DNA from: Candidatus Peregrinibacteria bacterium
Lineage (GTDB): Bacteria; Patescibacteriota; Gracilibacteria; Peribacterales; Peribacteraceae
Length of the DNA: 52,004 bases
Assembly: GCA_037143575.1 (NCBI GenBank)
Contig: JBAWYM010000003.1
Span: 1-52,004, forward strand
Direction: 5' to 3'
Each line of letters starts with the position of its first letter. The first letter of the stretch is position 1. Made by a program: the position numbers and the translations under genes. The notes beneath the pieces are model-generated. The model saw only the letters and a list, made by a program, of their open reading frames with translations, was not told where the DNA came from and searched no databases. Below are positions 20,279 to 30,964 of this stretch, piece by piece.

Positions 20279-21400
20279 ATGCACATCTGCGTTCTCGCAA
20301 CGACACTCGATGTCTACAAAGGAGGGAATCATCTCCCGCTTTTCGCTGCACTTCCGGAGATTTCTTTTACGATTCTGACGCAGCGAGTCATACCACAATC
20401 AGCTCCGCTCCCGCCCAACGTGCAGGTCGAACTCCTCCCGCGCAGGAGCGGTCCGTATTACTACGGTATTGCGGACTGGCGCTTCGCACGGAATGTCCTT
20501 GGTACGTACCCACCGGAGCACGCATTCTGGAAACAGTTCGATCTCATCCACCTCAATCAGACGCTCCATCCTTCGCTGCTGCGTCTGGAGCAATCCGGTC
20601 GTTCTGTACTGTACGCGGTCCATCATCCGGTCTCGGCCGATCGCGAAGTCAGTCTGCAGGAGAGCACCCTTTTCCCCCGGCTGCTCTGGTGGATGCGCTA
20701 CGCGCCACTCATTCATTGTCAGAGGAAAACGTGCCGGAATGCTCAGCACATCATGACGGTCTCGGCAACGGTCGTCGATCGTCTCTGCCGGGACTACAGC
20801 TGCGATCGGGAGAAGATTACTGTCGTGCCCAATGGCGTCGATGGGGAGCTCTTCACTCTCGGCGATCAGGAGCCGGAATTCGATGCCTGTGCGGTGGGAT
20901 CCTTTCTCCATCCGCGCAAAGGATTCCCCTACCTTCTGGAAACATACCGCGGTCTTGCCGCAGCGGGAAAGCGCATCGCCGATATCGGTAAGCGCTCCGC
21001 AGAACAGCGACGACAGCTCGCAGAGATTCCCGGTGTGACGATCTTCGGCACAGTCGATCAGATGACGATCATCTCGCTCATGCAACGATCCGCCGTACTC
21101 CTGTCGACATCCTTGTATGAAGGCTTCGGCCTCTCTCTCATCGAGGCACTGGCCTGCGGGAGGCCGGCGTTCGCTTTTGATGGAGGGGCCGTAGGGGAGG
21201 TCCTCCGAGTAATTGATCCTGTATTGGTCATCCCCCTCCGATCAGTGAATATCCTCATCGATCGGGCCCTGTGGTACATCCACCTCTCTCCTGAAGAGAG
21301 CCGCAGGCGTGGAACCAACTATCGACAGAGCGTGCTACATCTCTATTCTTTGAAAAAATCGGCAGACACTTTGGCTCGACTATACACATCCCTTCATTGA
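20279..21400 (+). CDS. Glycosyltransferase family 4
   Basis: VVPNGVD, HPRKG, SLYEGFGLSLIEALACG. Confidence 0.93.
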   Translation: MHICVLATTLDVYKGGNHLPLFAALPEISFTILTQRVIPQSAPLPPNVQVELLPRRSGPYYYGIADWRFARNVLGTYPPEHAFWKQFDLIHLNQTLHPSLLRLEQSGRSVLYAVHHPVSADREVSLQESTLFPRLLWWMRYAPLIHCQRKTCRNAQHIMTVSATVVDRLCRDYSCDREKITVVPNGVDGELFTLGDQEPEFDACAVGSFLHPRKGFPYLLETYRGLAAAGKRIADIGKRSAEQRRQLAEIPGVTIFGTVDQMTIISLMQRSAVLLSTSLYEGFGLSLIEALACGRPAFAFDGGAVGEVLRVIDPVLVIPLRSVNILIDRALWYIHLSPEESRRRGTNYRQSVLHLYSLKKSADTLARLYTSLH

Positions 21401-21516
21401 CTTCTCCGGCGGGTGCCTCCTCCCGAGGTGCTCAGAGTCTGCGAAGTCCCTGCCGAAGAATGAACGCCCGCCCGCTTGTCAATCGCATGCTTCTCGGATA
21501 GCTTCCAGAGCGAAGC

Positions 21517-23334
21517 ATGCGGCAGAAAACCTTTTCCACCATCGGCAAAATTTTTTCCATTCTCCGGGGAATCAATATCCATCCCTGGTATTTGATCATC
21601 CCCGTTGTCTTTTCTGTTTCTTCGGCAATTATCGAAGGAATCAGTGTCGGCCTCCTCATCCCCATGCTCAATGGATTAATGACGAAGAACTTCAGTTTTC
21701 TGAAGACGACGAAAGGACTGAGCACGCTCCTGGAACTCTTACCCACCTCCATCACCTCTTCAAATCGGTCCCTGCTCATTTTGCTCCTCTGCATTTTCGT
21801 CAGTTCCGTCATCCTCAAAAATATCTTTCGGTATCTGTCGGTCCTCGGCATGTCCTATATCGCCACACGCTCTCATCACCATCTGCGAAAAGTCATGTTC
21901 GGTCGTTTCCTCACCTTCGGAAAACTCTTCTTCGACAGGACGAGCACGGGTCACCATACCACGATTTTCTCGGAATTCAGCTATGACGCCCTCCGGCCCA
22001 TCTTTCAAATTAATAAATACATCAATGCTCTCTTTTCGCTCCTCGTCTATCTCCTCGTCATGTGGACGATTTCCTGGAAAATTACGTTCTTCGCCCTCCC
22101 GCTGTTCTTCATCCTCAACCTCGTCGTAAAGAGAATTATCAGGAATATCAAGGGCTACTCCGTTTCTCTCGCCCAGAGCGGCAGTGACCTCGGAAAGAAA
22201 ACCGTGGAAATTCTCTCGACGCTCCTTCTTGTGAAATCGTACTGCACCGAAGATGCCGAGAAGAAGCACTATGCCGAGATCAGCGACCGGAAGGCGCGTC
22301 TGGATTACCGGATCGCCGCAACCCAGGAATTGATTTTCCCGTTGCAGGAAATAATCACACTCCTCGCTGCCCTGCTTCTCTTCGCAGGAATGCTCTACCT
22401 CATGTCGCATGAACAAACGAGCTCCTCGTCCTCGTTCATTGTCTATTTCTACCTCGTCATCAACTCTGCAAATAAGTTCGGAACGCTCTCGAATATCCAG
22501 AGTGTCATCGCAAGCGCGGAAGGTGCTCTCAACGAAGTCATGGGAGTGTTTGATGACACAGGAAAAGAGCATGTCGAAGGCGGAGGAGAAGAGTTTACCA
22601 GTCTCAGCAGGGAAATTGCCTTCCGCAATCTCAGCTTCATTTTCCCCGGAGGGCGCAAAGTCTTGGATGATGTGTCCTTCACGATCAATAAAGGGGAAAT
22701 GGTCGCGATCGTCGGACCGACCGGTGGCGGGAAAACAACCATCATCAACCTGCTCATGCGGTTCTATGATTGTCCTCCGAATTCACTGTTCATCGACGGA
22801 AAGGACATCCGCTCTTTCACGATTCCTTCTCTCAGGAAACACGTCGCCCTCGTGAGCCAGGAAACGCAACTCTTCCATTCTTCCCTCTTTCAGAATGTGA
22901 GTTACGGCCTCCCTCACGTCACCGTTACACAGGTGGAGAAAGCCGTTGCCCAGGCACGACTCACAGAGTATATCCGTACCCTCCCCCTCGGGCTGCAGAC
23001 TCTCGTCGGAGACCGCGGCGTGAAGCTCTCGGGTGGCGAGAAACAACGGGTCTCCATCGCACGAGCGCTTCTGAAGGGATCGGAAATTCTGATTCTTGAT
23101 GAAGCAACGAGCTCATTGGATAGCGGAACGGAACATCTGATCCAGGAAGCGATCAACGAGGCGATCAAAGATAAGACCGCAATCGTCATCGCCCATCGTC
23201 TTTCGACGATACAACACGCCGATCGCATCGTCGTCATCGACCACGGACACGTGGCGGAACAGGGGACGCGCGAAGAACTCCTCGCAAAACACGGAATCTT
23301 TTACGATCTTTGGGAACAGCAGAAATTCGTATGA
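21517..23334 (+). CDS. ABC exporter, fused permease-ATPase (MsbA/PglK-like glycan flippase)
   Basis: TM domain plus GPTGGGKT, LSGGEKQRVSIAR, LDEATSSLD, IAHRLSTI. Confidence 0.92.
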   Translation: MRQKTFSTIGKIFSILRGINIHPWYLIIPVVFSVSSAIIEGISVGLLIPMLNGLMTKNFSFLKTTKGLSTLLELLPTSITSSNRSLLILLLCIFVSSVILKNIFRYLSVLGMSYIATRSHHHLRKVMFGRFLTFGKLFFDRTSTGHHTTIFSEFSYDALRPIFQINKYINALFSLLVYLLVMWTISWKITFFALPLFFILNLVVKRIIRNIKGYSVSLAQSGSDLGKKTVEILSTLLLVKSYCTEDAEKKHYAEISDRKARLDYRIAATQELIFPLQEIITLLAALLLFAGMLYLMSHEQTSSSSSFIVYFYLVINSANKFGTLSNIQSVIASAEGALNEVMGVFDDTGKEHVEGGGEEFTSLSREIAFRNLSFIFPGGRKVLDDVSFTINKGEMVAIVGPTGGGKTTIINLLMRFYDCPPNSLFIDGKDIRSFTIPSLRKHVALVSQETQLFHSSLFQNVSYGLPHVTVTQVEKAVAQARLTEYIRTLPLGLQTLVGDRGVKLSGGEKQRVSIARALLKGSEILILDEATSSLDSGTEHLIQEAINEAIKDKTAIVIAHRLSTIQHADRIVVIDHGHVAEQGTREELLAKHGIFYDLWEQQKFV

Positions 23335-24053
23335 CGACAATGCCAGATGCACTCATCCGCCCATGGGCAATCATTCCTGCGCGCGGAGGATCCAAAGGGA
23401 TTCCTCACAAGAACATTGTCCCTTTCCGCGGGAAACCGTTGTTGTGTAGCACGATAGCAACCGCCCTGTCCTGTCCCTCGATTGGGAGAATCATCGTTTC
23501 GACCGATGATCCCGAAATCGCCGATATCGCCCGTCGCGCCGGAGCGGATGTCCCAATCCTCCGCCCGCACGCGCTCGCCCTTGATGATACCCCGGATTTC
23601 CCTGTTTTCGCACACGTCATTGACTGGTATATGAAGCATTCCGAAGCCCCGCCTGATGCGGTGATTTGGCTGCGACCCACCTCTCCGCTGCGCTCGGTCG
23701 AAGATATTGAGGGTGCGTTCGCTTTGTTCATGAGCACTGGAGCTGATGCCGTTCGTTCCGTTACGGTGAGCCCGCATCATCCCTACTGGATGAAGCATCT
23801 GGATCAGGAGCACCGCCTGACCCCTTTCTCCCCGGAAGGGAATGAACGTACACACCCTCGAAGGCAATCTTTGCCGGATGTCTATCTGCTCAATGGTGCG
23901 GTCGACATCATCCGTACGACCTCGGCCATTGCAACTGGCGAATTGTGGGGTGGAGATGTCCGGGGATATGTCATGCCATTCGAAAGGTCGGTGGATATCG
24001 ATGCGCGGGAAGATCTACAATTGGCGGAGGAAATCGCCTCTCACATTCTATGA
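23331..24053 (+). CDS. CMP-nonulosonate synthetase (NeuA/PseF/LegF family)
   Basis: AIIPARGGSKGIPHKN, LRPTSPLR, YLLNGAV, SVDID. Confidence 0.93.
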   Translation: MTTMPDALIRPWAIIPARGGSKGIPHKNIVPFRGKPLLCSTIATALSCPSIGRIIVSTDDPEIADIARRAGADVPILRPHALALDDTPDFPVFAHVIDWYMKHSEAPPDAVIWLRPTSPLRSVEDIEGAFALFMSTGADAVRSVTVSPHHPYWMKHLDQEHRLTPFSPEGNERTHPRRQSLPDVYLLNGAVDIIRTTSAIATGELWGGDVRGYVMPFERSVDIDAREDLQLAEEIASHIL

Positions 24054-25111
24054 CCCTCATACCACTGAACATCGGCAATCATACAATTGGGGGGTCGGCC
24101 CCCGCTTTTATTATCGCCGAAGCAGGAGTAAATCATAATGGATCACTCGAGGATGCCCTTGCGCTTGTACGTGCGGCTAAAAAATCAGGAGCGGACTGTG
24201 TGAAATTCCAAACTTTCCAAGCAAAGAATCTCGTCCTCCCTGATGCGCACAAAGCGGCGTACCAGCTCCTCACGACCGATGCGGAGGAATCCCAGTCGAC
24301 AATGCTGCGGAACCTTGAGCTCTCCGATGAGGCATATCCCATTCTCCTCGAGAAATGCAAGGAAGAGGATATTCTCTTCCTCTCCAGCCCCTATTCGATT
24401 GAGGATGTCGAATTATTGGACCGGTTGCCAGTGATGGCGTTCAAGCTCGCATCGATGCATCTCTTTGAACATTCTTTTCTCCAGCATGTTGCACGGAAAG
24501 GGAAACCGGTACTGCTTTCGACGGGCATGGCAACGCAGCAAGATGTCACAGCAGCGGTTGCTGTATTCCGTTCTGAGGGGAACGACCAACTTATTCTTCT
24601 CCAGTGTACGACAAACTATCCGACCCAGGCCACCGATGCGAATGTCCGCGCGATGCGAACGATCGGCGAGACATGCGATACGCTCTTCGGGTTTTCCGAT
24701 CATACCGAAACGGACACTGCAGCGATTGCGGCAGTCGCCCTGGGGGCGAGTGTCATTGAAAAGCACTTCACTCTCGATCATGATCTTCCGGGTCCCGATC
24801 AATCTTCCTCTTACGATCCCCGGGAGTTCGCACGCTATGTTCGTGTTCTCCGTGAAACTGAATGTGTTTTGGGATCGGGCATCAAGGAACCGTGTGCGGC
24901 GGAAATGCGAAATGCACCTAATATGCGTCGGAGTATCGTTACGGCGACCGCGCTCCCGAAGGGAACTGTTCTCACGGAAAAACACCTCACATTCAAACGA
25001 CCGGGAACCGGAATTCTTCCGTCAGATCTGCCGAAAATAATCGGCAAGAAGGTTCGAAGGGATCTTCCTGCCGATACTCTTCTCTCTCCTTCAGATATTG
25101 GGGGCCTCTAA
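24050..25111 (+). CDS. Nonulosonate synthase (NeuB/LegI/PseI family) with SAF domain
   Basis: IIAEAGVNHNG, VKFQTF, LSTGMAT, QCTTNYP, GFSDHT, IEKHFTLD, KRPGTGI. Confidence 0.95.
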   Translation: MTLIPLNIGNHTIGGSAPAFIIAEAGVNHNGSLEDALALVRAAKKSGADCVKFQTFQAKNLVLPDAHKAAYQLLTTDAEESQSTMLRNLELSDEAYPILLEKCKEEDILFLSSPYSIEDVELLDRLPVMAFKLASMHLFEHSFLQHVARKGKPVLLSTGMATQQDVTAAVAVFRSEGNDQLILLQCTTNYPTQATDANVRAMRTIGETCDTLFGFSDHTETDTAAIAAVALGASVIEKHFTLDHDLPGPDQSSSYDPREFARYVRVLRETECVLGSGIKEPCAAEMRNAPNMRRSIVTATALPKGTVLTEKHLTFKRPGTGILPSDLPKIIGKKVRRDLPADTLLSPSDIGGL

Positions 25112-25199
25112 AAACCAAACAGGGTCTCTTGCTGCTCAGCGGAAAAGTCTTTAGCCTGAAGCTCAGAGGACTTGTTCGCATCTTCTACTCTCGATAACA

Positions 25200-26108
25200 A
25201 TGGCTTTTCATTGCATGCTCTGTCATTCAACGGCTTCCCCGTCCTTGGTAAGTGCTTCCCTTCGGGATGATCCCTCCGAAGCGTTTCGGATTGTTCGATG
25301 CTCCAGTTGCGGCCTCATCCAGATGTCCCCTCTCCCAACGGTCGAGGAAGACATGCTTTTTTACAGAGAAGATAAGCAACTGACAAATTTAATAACGCAT
25401 GCGGAATACGCGGACCTCCGGAAGAGAGATCGCGAGGATACCCTGCGACGTATCGCTTGGCTGAAGGCCAAATACCCCCCAAGTGCCAGTACGCGTTTGC
25501 TCGATGTGGGTTGTGGGTATGGCTTCTTCGTAGACGCAGCAGCTGAGGCCGGATACTCAGCCGAAGGCATCGATCTCAATACACCCTCTATTGCCATTGC
25601 CCGTGCCCATGGCAACAATCTGTACATCGAAGGTGTGGTGAATGACGATTTTGCAACGCGGAATCGTGGCTCCTATGACATCGTGACGACATTCCATGTC
25701 CTGGAGCATCTCACGGATCCTGTTGCATATCTGCGCCGCCTTGGGCTCCTCGTCAAACAGGGCGGACTTCTGGTGGTGGAAGTGCCCAATGCAGATGACG
25801 CGCTTCTGGCGCACAATCCCGCATATAATGCTTTCTACTGGCAGCGTGCACATTTGAGTTACTTCACTCCGATGACGCTTCGCGTTGCGCTGCGCGCCGC
25901 CGGTTTTGGACAGGCGGAGGTTGAAAGTGTGCAGCGGTACGGCATGAATAATCTCTTCCATTGGATCACGCACAATGCACCGCAGTTACACTGCCCGACG
26001 TTCCGTACAGAGCATCCACTCTTACAGTCCCTGGAGCAGTATTACCGGCAGGAGCGGGAAAGATCCCTTGCGTCGGATACGCTTCTGGCTGGTATCTTGA
26101 TGGCATAG
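25200..26108 (+). CDS. Class I SAM methyltransferase with N-terminal Zn-binding CxxC motifs
   Basis: CMLC...CSSC, LLDVGCGYG, FHVLEHL, VEVPN. Confidence 0.88.
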   Translation: MAFHCMLCHSTASPSLVSASLRDDPSEAFRIVRCSSCGLIQMSPLPTVEEDMLFYREDKQLTNLITHAEYADLRKRDREDTLRRIAWLKAKYPPSASTRLLDVGCGYGFFVDAAAEAGYSAEGIDLNTPSIAIARAHGNNLYIEGVVNDDFATRNRGSYDIVTTFHVLEHLTDPVAYLRRLGLLVKQGGLLVVEVPNADDALLAHNPAYNAFYWQRAHLSYFTPMTLRVALRAAGFGQAEVESVQRYGMNNLFHWITHNAPQLHCPTFRTEHPLLQSLEQYYRQERERSLASDTLLAGILMA

Positions 26109-26135
26109 TACCGCAGGTATCAGTATTCTCTCATC

Positions 26136-26606
26136 ATGGAAGATGAATCGCTCTCGATCGATGCCCTCTGCATTCCAGATATTGCTGAACTATCAGATCT
26201 CATCCTTGATGACTCGCCGGACTATCGCGCCCACTTCATTCCCTTCCCATTCGATCGTGCGGCATTGCTCAGCCGCATGACATCAGCACAAAAAGATCGC
26301 TATTGGGTCATTCGGGTTCGTGGACGCATCGGCTGCTTCTTCATGCTCCGTGGTTTTGATGAAGGGTTCGAACGTCCGTCGTTCGGGGTGTATGTCGGCG
26401 AGCATTTTGCAGGATCCGGACTGGCAGGACTTGCCTTGCACTACGTGCTTTCCTGGTGCCATCTCCATTCCGTCGCATCCGTGATGTTGAAAGTGCATCC
26501 CGAAAATTCCGCGGCCCGTCATATCTACGAGCGTGCCGGATTCACGTTTGAAGGCGTATGTCCGCAGACCAAGCACCATATTCTTATGAAAGTACTTCAC
26601 TCATGA
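26136..26606 (+). CDS. GNAT-family N-acetyltransferase
   Basis: FAGSGLAG, LKVHPENSAARHIYERAGF. Confidence 0.85.
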   Translation: MEDESLSIDALCIPDIAELSDLILDDSPDYRAHFIPFPFDRAALLSRMTSAQKDRYWVIRVRGRIGCFFMLRGFDEGFERPSFGVYVGEHFAGSGLAGLALHYVLSWCHLHSVASVMLKVHPENSAARHIYERAGFTFEGVCPQTKHHILMKVLHS

Positions 26607-26610
26607 GTTC

Positions 26611-27444
26611 ATGACTGCAATCTATGCTTCCACTGCGTGCCTTGGCGGAGAGCAACCACTCGGTGATCGGCTGAAGCTCTACCGTGAACATGGGATTACT
26701 GCTATTGAACTCGGCGCACACGTCACCATTGCCGGAGAGCTTCCCCCTCATGTCTTGGAGGCTGGTTCCTATCTTCTGCATAACTACTTTCCGCCCCCCG
26801 CGGAGCCGTTCATACTCAACCTTGCCTCTGCAAATGAAGCCATCCGGCAGCGGAGCATCACACTGGTGAATAACGCCCTCGCGATAAGCGCCTCCCTAGG
26901 GGCGCCGGTGTATTCCGTTCATGCCGGCTTTGTCACGGACCCGACGCTGGACTTTGTCTTCCCTTTGCCGTCCTCGCCGCAGTCGGCGCATGAGGCATTG
27001 CGTCGTTTTGCCGATAGCGTCCGCACAGTTCTGCCTATTGCGGAACAGAACGGAGTGAAGTTGCTTATCGAAAATAATGTTTGTGAACCGAAGAATCGCG
27101 GGAAACTGCTCCTGCAGACCCCCGAGGAATTCCAAGAGTTCTTCCACATGATTTTCTCTCCGCAGCTTGGCATCTTGGTCGACACGGGGCATCTGAATGT
27201 CACTGCCAAAACATTCGGTTTCGATTGTATGGATTTCATCGATGCGCTCTCTCCCAAGATCGGAGCGTTTCATCTTCATGATAACGATGGCAGTGCCGAT
27301 CAGCACCGTCCTGTGAGCGCAGGAGGCTGGGTGACGGACTTGCTGCAGCAAGCGCAGTTTCGCACGATCCCCTGGATCGTGGAAGCGAAGTTTCCCGGAC
27401 CGGAGTTGCTTGCCGCACATATTGCCTTGCTTGCAGACCTCTAG
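26611..27444 (+). CDS. Sugar phosphate isomerase/epimerase (xylose-isomerase-like TIM barrel)
   Basis: LHNYFPPP, SVHAGF, LLIENN, LVDTGHL, FHLHDNDGSADQH. Confidence 0.82.
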   Translation: MTAIYASTACLGGEQPLGDRLKLYREHGITAIELGAHVTIAGELPPHVLEAGSYLLHNYFPPPAEPFILNLASANEAIRQRSITLVNNALAISASLGAPVYSVHAGFVTDPTLDFVFPLPSSPQSAHEALRRFADSVRTVLPIAEQNGVKLLIENNVCEPKNRGKLLLQTPEEFQEFFHMIFSPQLGILVDTGHLNVTAKTFGFDCMDFIDALSPKIGAFHLHDNDGSADQHRPVSAGGWVTDLLQQAQFRTIPWIVEAKFPGPELLAAHIALLADL

Positions 27445-27531
27445 AGAACGCAACCACTTCTCTTGGTGATGAGGGAGAAGTAACCCGAGGATTTTCCGCG
27501 TAGGAAGGTTCCTCAGGTATACTGCTGGCAT

Positions 27532-28974
27532 ATGTTTTCTGAGGATCAAGTCCGAGCGATGTGCATGTCTACGGATGGCACGATCCGCGATGCGATGCGG
27601 ACGATCGATCGGGCCAGTGTGGGCGTTGCGTTTCTGATAGGAGCAGATGGGCGATTTGTGGGATTAGTCACGGATGGGGATCTGCGTCGCGCTCTGCTCA
27701 AGGGCCAAGGTTTAGATGCGCCTGTTGCCGATGTGGTACGTCCCGTTTCGGTTACGGCGCGCATCAGTGATTCCCCCGAGTCGATCGCAGAGCTCTTCCG
27801 GGAAGAGGTACGTCTTATCCCACTCCTCGATACTGCTGGCAAAGTGGTGAACGCGGCGGCTTTCGATCAGCGGATTGCGCTTCCTGTGGCCTCCCCGTGG
27901 ATCGGGGAGCGGGAGTTACAATACGTCACGGAATGCGTGGTCAGTGGCTGGATTTCTTCAACGGGCCCCTTCGTGCATCGGTTCGAGGAGATTTTTGCGC
28001 GCTTCTGCGGGGTCAAACATGCCATTGCAGCTTCCAATGGCACCACGGCACTGCACCTGGCCATGTTGGCACTCGGTATCGGTTCGGGCGATGAGGTGAT
28101 TGTCCCATCGCTCACATTTATCGCCACGGCGAATGCCGTCACGTACACCGGCGCCACTCCGGTTTTTGTCGATTGTGATCCGGACACGTGGACGATCGAT
28201 ATTCCTTCTGTGGAAGCTGCGGTGACTTCACGCACTCGCGCCATCATCCCTGTGCACTTGTACGGCCACCCAGCCAATATGAAGCCCCTTCTTGCGATTG
28301 CAAAGCGCCACAAGCTCGCAGTGGTGGAAGATGCCGCCGAAGCGCATGGCGCCCTCTTCGATGGTAAGTCCGTGGGGAGCATCGGCGACATCGGGATTTT
28401 CAGTTTCTACGGCAATAAGATCGCCACAACGGGAGAAGGGGGGATGCTTGTGACGAATAATGACGCAGTTGCGGACAAAGTGCGGATTCTGCGAGACCAC
28501 GGGATGACACCCGGCCATCGCTATTGGCACACGATTCTTGGGTATAATTATCGTCTTACCAGCCTGCAGGCGGCTCTGGGGGTGGCGCAGATGGAGCGAA
28601 TCGATGAAATCATCCAAGCGAAATTACAAATCGCCAATCTGTACAAAGACGGACTGAAAAATATTCCCGGAATCACTCTGCCCGGATGCGCATCCTGGGC
28701 GCGCAATGTCTACTGGCTCTACTCCATCGTGATCGATGGGGAGAAATTTGGTCGATCCAGAGACGAGGTGATGCAGCTTCTGCAGAAGCAGGGAGTCGAC
28801 ACGCGTCCGTTTTTCCCGCCACTGCACCGTCAGCCGATCTATGCCAATGATCAGCATTTGCCCGTGAGTGAACGGCTGTCTGACACGGGGTTGAGTCTCC
28901 CTTCCTCTTCACACTTAAGGACGGAGCAGATCCTTCGCGTTTGCGAAGCGATTGCACAGTTGCAACGCAAATAG
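27532..28974 (+). CDS. CBS-domain + DegT/DnrJ sugar aminotransferase (perosamine-synthase-like)
   Basis: GLVTDGDLRRALL (CBS), then GWISSTG, NGTTALHLA, EDAAEAHG, FSFYGNKIATTGEGG, GYNYRL. Confidence 0.92.
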   Translation: MFSEDQVRAMCMSTDGTIRDAMRTIDRASVGVAFLIGADGRFVGLVTDGDLRRALLKGQGLDAPVADVVRPVSVTARISDSPESIAELFREEVRLIPLLDTAGKVVNAAAFDQRIALPVASPWIGERELQYVTECVVSGWISSTGPFVHRFEEIFARFCGVKHAIAASNGTTALHLAMLALGIGSGDEVIVPSLTFIATANAVTYTGATPVFVDCDPDTWTIDIPSVEAAVTSRTRAIIPVHLYGHPANMKPLLAIAKRHKLAVVEDAAEAHGALFDGKSVGSIGDIGIFSFYGNKIATTGEGGMLVTNNDAVADKVRILRDHGMTPGHRYWHTILGYNYRLTSLQAALGVAQMERIDEIIQAKLQIANLYKDGLKNIPGITLPGCASWARNVYWLYSIVIDGEKFGRSRDEVMQLLQKQGVDTRPFFPPLHRQPIYANDQHLPVSERLSDTGLSLPSSSHLRTEQILRVCEAIAQLQRK

Positions 28975-28980
28975 CAGCGC

Positions 28981-29769
28981 TTAGGATCGGTCGATGCGGA
29001 TGAATGCCCACGGCTCGATGATGGAACCATTGACCTGCTGGCCGCCCAGAATTTTGGTCAGATCTGCCGGCTTGGTTTTATCCGGCCAGTGAGCGGTGGT
29101 GAGTGCCTTCGGATTGAAGTCGCGATCCTGTTCAATGCTGCAATTGGCCACATCGGGCAATGTAGAGCATATCCATCGCACGTATCTCTCCGAGTAGATA
29201 TTAAAATAGTGGAATCGCAACGGCTCACCGTCGGCATCAAAGAGCGGATCCTCTGCGCCCGTCACTTCCTTTTCCCATTCGCGAACTTGTTTGATGCGGA
29301 AGCTCTTTTCTCCGACCATCGTGCGGATGAGAAGGGTCCGCTCCGTTGCGCGCCAGAGCTCCCGTATGGCGGGGAGAATGCGAGGCAAATGGAGCAATAC
29401 GTTCATGCAGAGGACGATGTCGAATGACTGGTTTTCTACCGGCAGCGCTTCAATATCTCCGCGACGGAAACTGGCATTCGGATCATTGCTGAACGCCTTG
29501 CCGGCAAGTTCCACATAGAACTGCGTGGCATCGATTCCTGTGTAGAAAAACGGAACAGAAATAGCATTCCGCAGGGAGCGCAGATAGTGGCCTGCCCCGC
29601 AGCCGACATCGAGAATCGTATTCCCTTGTTTCACGATCTTCTTCAGGCGACGGGCGGCGGCCTTGCTGCTCTCCATTTCGGGTGCCTCTCCCGTAGCCCT
29701 CTTATAGAGCACTTCTCCGTAGGATTGCATGTCATCCCAGATTTTCCAGGAATCATCATTCTGCGTCAT
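28981..29769 (-). CDS. Class I SAM methyltransferase
   Basis: ILDVGCGAG, GDIEALP, FDIVLCMNVLLHL. Start placed at MTQND. Confidence 0.85.
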   Translation of the reverse strand: MTQNDDSWKIWDDMQSYGEVLYKRATGEAPEMESSKAAARRLKKIVKQGNTILDVGCGAGHYLRSLRNAISVPFFYTGIDATQFYVELAGKAFSNDPNASFRRGDIEALPVENQSFDIVLCMNVLLHLPRILPAIRELWRATERTLLIRTMVGEKSFRIKQVREWEKEVTGAEDPLFDADGEPLRFHYFNIYSERYVRWICSTLPDVANCSIEQDRDFNPKALTTAHWPDKTKPADLTKILGGQQVNGSIIEPWAFIRIDRS

Positions 29770-29814
29770 GGAGACATGATACCATGCGTACATCTCCATC
29801 ACTCATTATTTTCC

Positions 29815-30963
29815 ATGGAAAGACACAATACAAGCATTGAGTACGGCCTTCCCGAAATAGTGCGCTTCTGCACAAAATGCACCATCAGCAATCAGAGGCC
29901 CCGAATCACCTTCGATGCACAGGGTGTGTGTAGTGCCTGTCGTTATGCGGAATACAAGCGAACGGTTGACTGGAAATTACGTGAGAAGGAACTCCGGGAA
30001 CTCTGTGACCGTCATCGGAAGAACGATGGATCTTTCGATGTCCTCGTCCCGGGCAGCGGAGGCAAGGACGGTTCATATGTCGCGCACCAGCTGAGAGAGG
30101 TGTATGGCATGCATCCCCTTGCCGTCACCTGGTCGCCCTTGCTCCGTACCGATATCGGACGTCAGAATCTGGATCGGTTTGTGGAATCCGGATTCAACCA
30201 CATCCTCTTTACGCCGAAGAAGAGTTCAAGTCGCCTGCTCACGAAACTCTCGTTCATTCACATGGCAGATCCGTTCCAGCCATTCATTTACGGTGTCTAT
30301 AATTTCCCGCTGCATATCTCCGTAAAGTACAACATTCCCCTGATCATGTACGGAGAAAATGGGGAAGTGGAATACGGCGGCGACATGAAAAACGCCTATA
30401 AGCCGACGAGGGAAGTCACAGATCAAGATAAACACTACTTCTCCGGAAAACCACCCGAATTCTGGAAAGAGTTGGGGGTTACGGATACGGATTTGTACCC
30501 GTATCTCCCGCCATCTTTTTCCGAAATCCAGAAAACCAAGCTAGAGGTCCACTTCTATAGTTACTACAAGTTCTGGGACCCGCAGGAGAACTTCTACTAT
30601 TCCACACAACACACAGGATTCACTGCGAATCCCGAACGAACCGAGGGGACGTATTCCAAATACGCAAGTCTCGACGATAAGTTGGACGGTTTCCACTTCT
30701 GGATGGCCTTCATCAAATTCGGCATCGGAAGGGCTACCTCCGAAACGGCACACGAAATTCGCGACGACAAGATCACACGCGAAGAGGGAGTTGCTCTTGT
30801 TCGAAAATTCGACGGCGAATTCCCCCGGAAATATTTCAAGGATTTTCTCGAGTACTGCGATATCACGGAAGAACAATTCTGGGAGGTAGCTGACAGCTGG
30901 CGCTCACCACACCTCTGGGATCGTGTGAATGAAGTTTGGGAACTGAAGCACCGGGTGTCGTAG
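29815..30963 (+). CDS. N-acetyl sugar amidotransferase (WbuX/PseA-like, PP-loop)
   Basis: CTKC..RPRITFD..CSAC, SGGKDG, SKYASLDDK, KFGIGRA, ITREEG. Confidence 0.92.
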   Translation: MERHNTSIEYGLPEIVRFCTKCTISNQRPRITFDAQGVCSACRYAEYKRTVDWKLREKELRELCDRHRKNDGSFDVLVPGSGGKDGSYVAHQLREVYGMHPLAVTWSPLLRTDIGRQNLDRFVESGFNHILFTPKKSSSRLLTKLSFIHMADPFQPFIYGVYNFPLHISVKYNIPLIMYGENGEVEYGGDMKNAYKPTREVTDQDKHYFSGKPPEFWKELGVTDTDLYPYLPPSFSEIQKTKLEVHFYSYYKFWDPQENFYYSTQHTGFTANPERTEGTYSKYASLDDKLDGFHFWMAFIKFGIGRATSETAHEIRDDKITREEGVALVRKFDGEFPRKYFKDFLEYCDITEEQFWEVADSWRSPHLWDRVNEVWELKHRVS

Positions 30964-30964
30964 A

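Noticed and set aside
29587-29814. N-terminal extensions in the ORF track (also 7013, 20398, 23945, 48187, 48694, 51844)
   Set aside because: They overlap neighbouring genes or repeats; downstream ATGs match the family N-termini.
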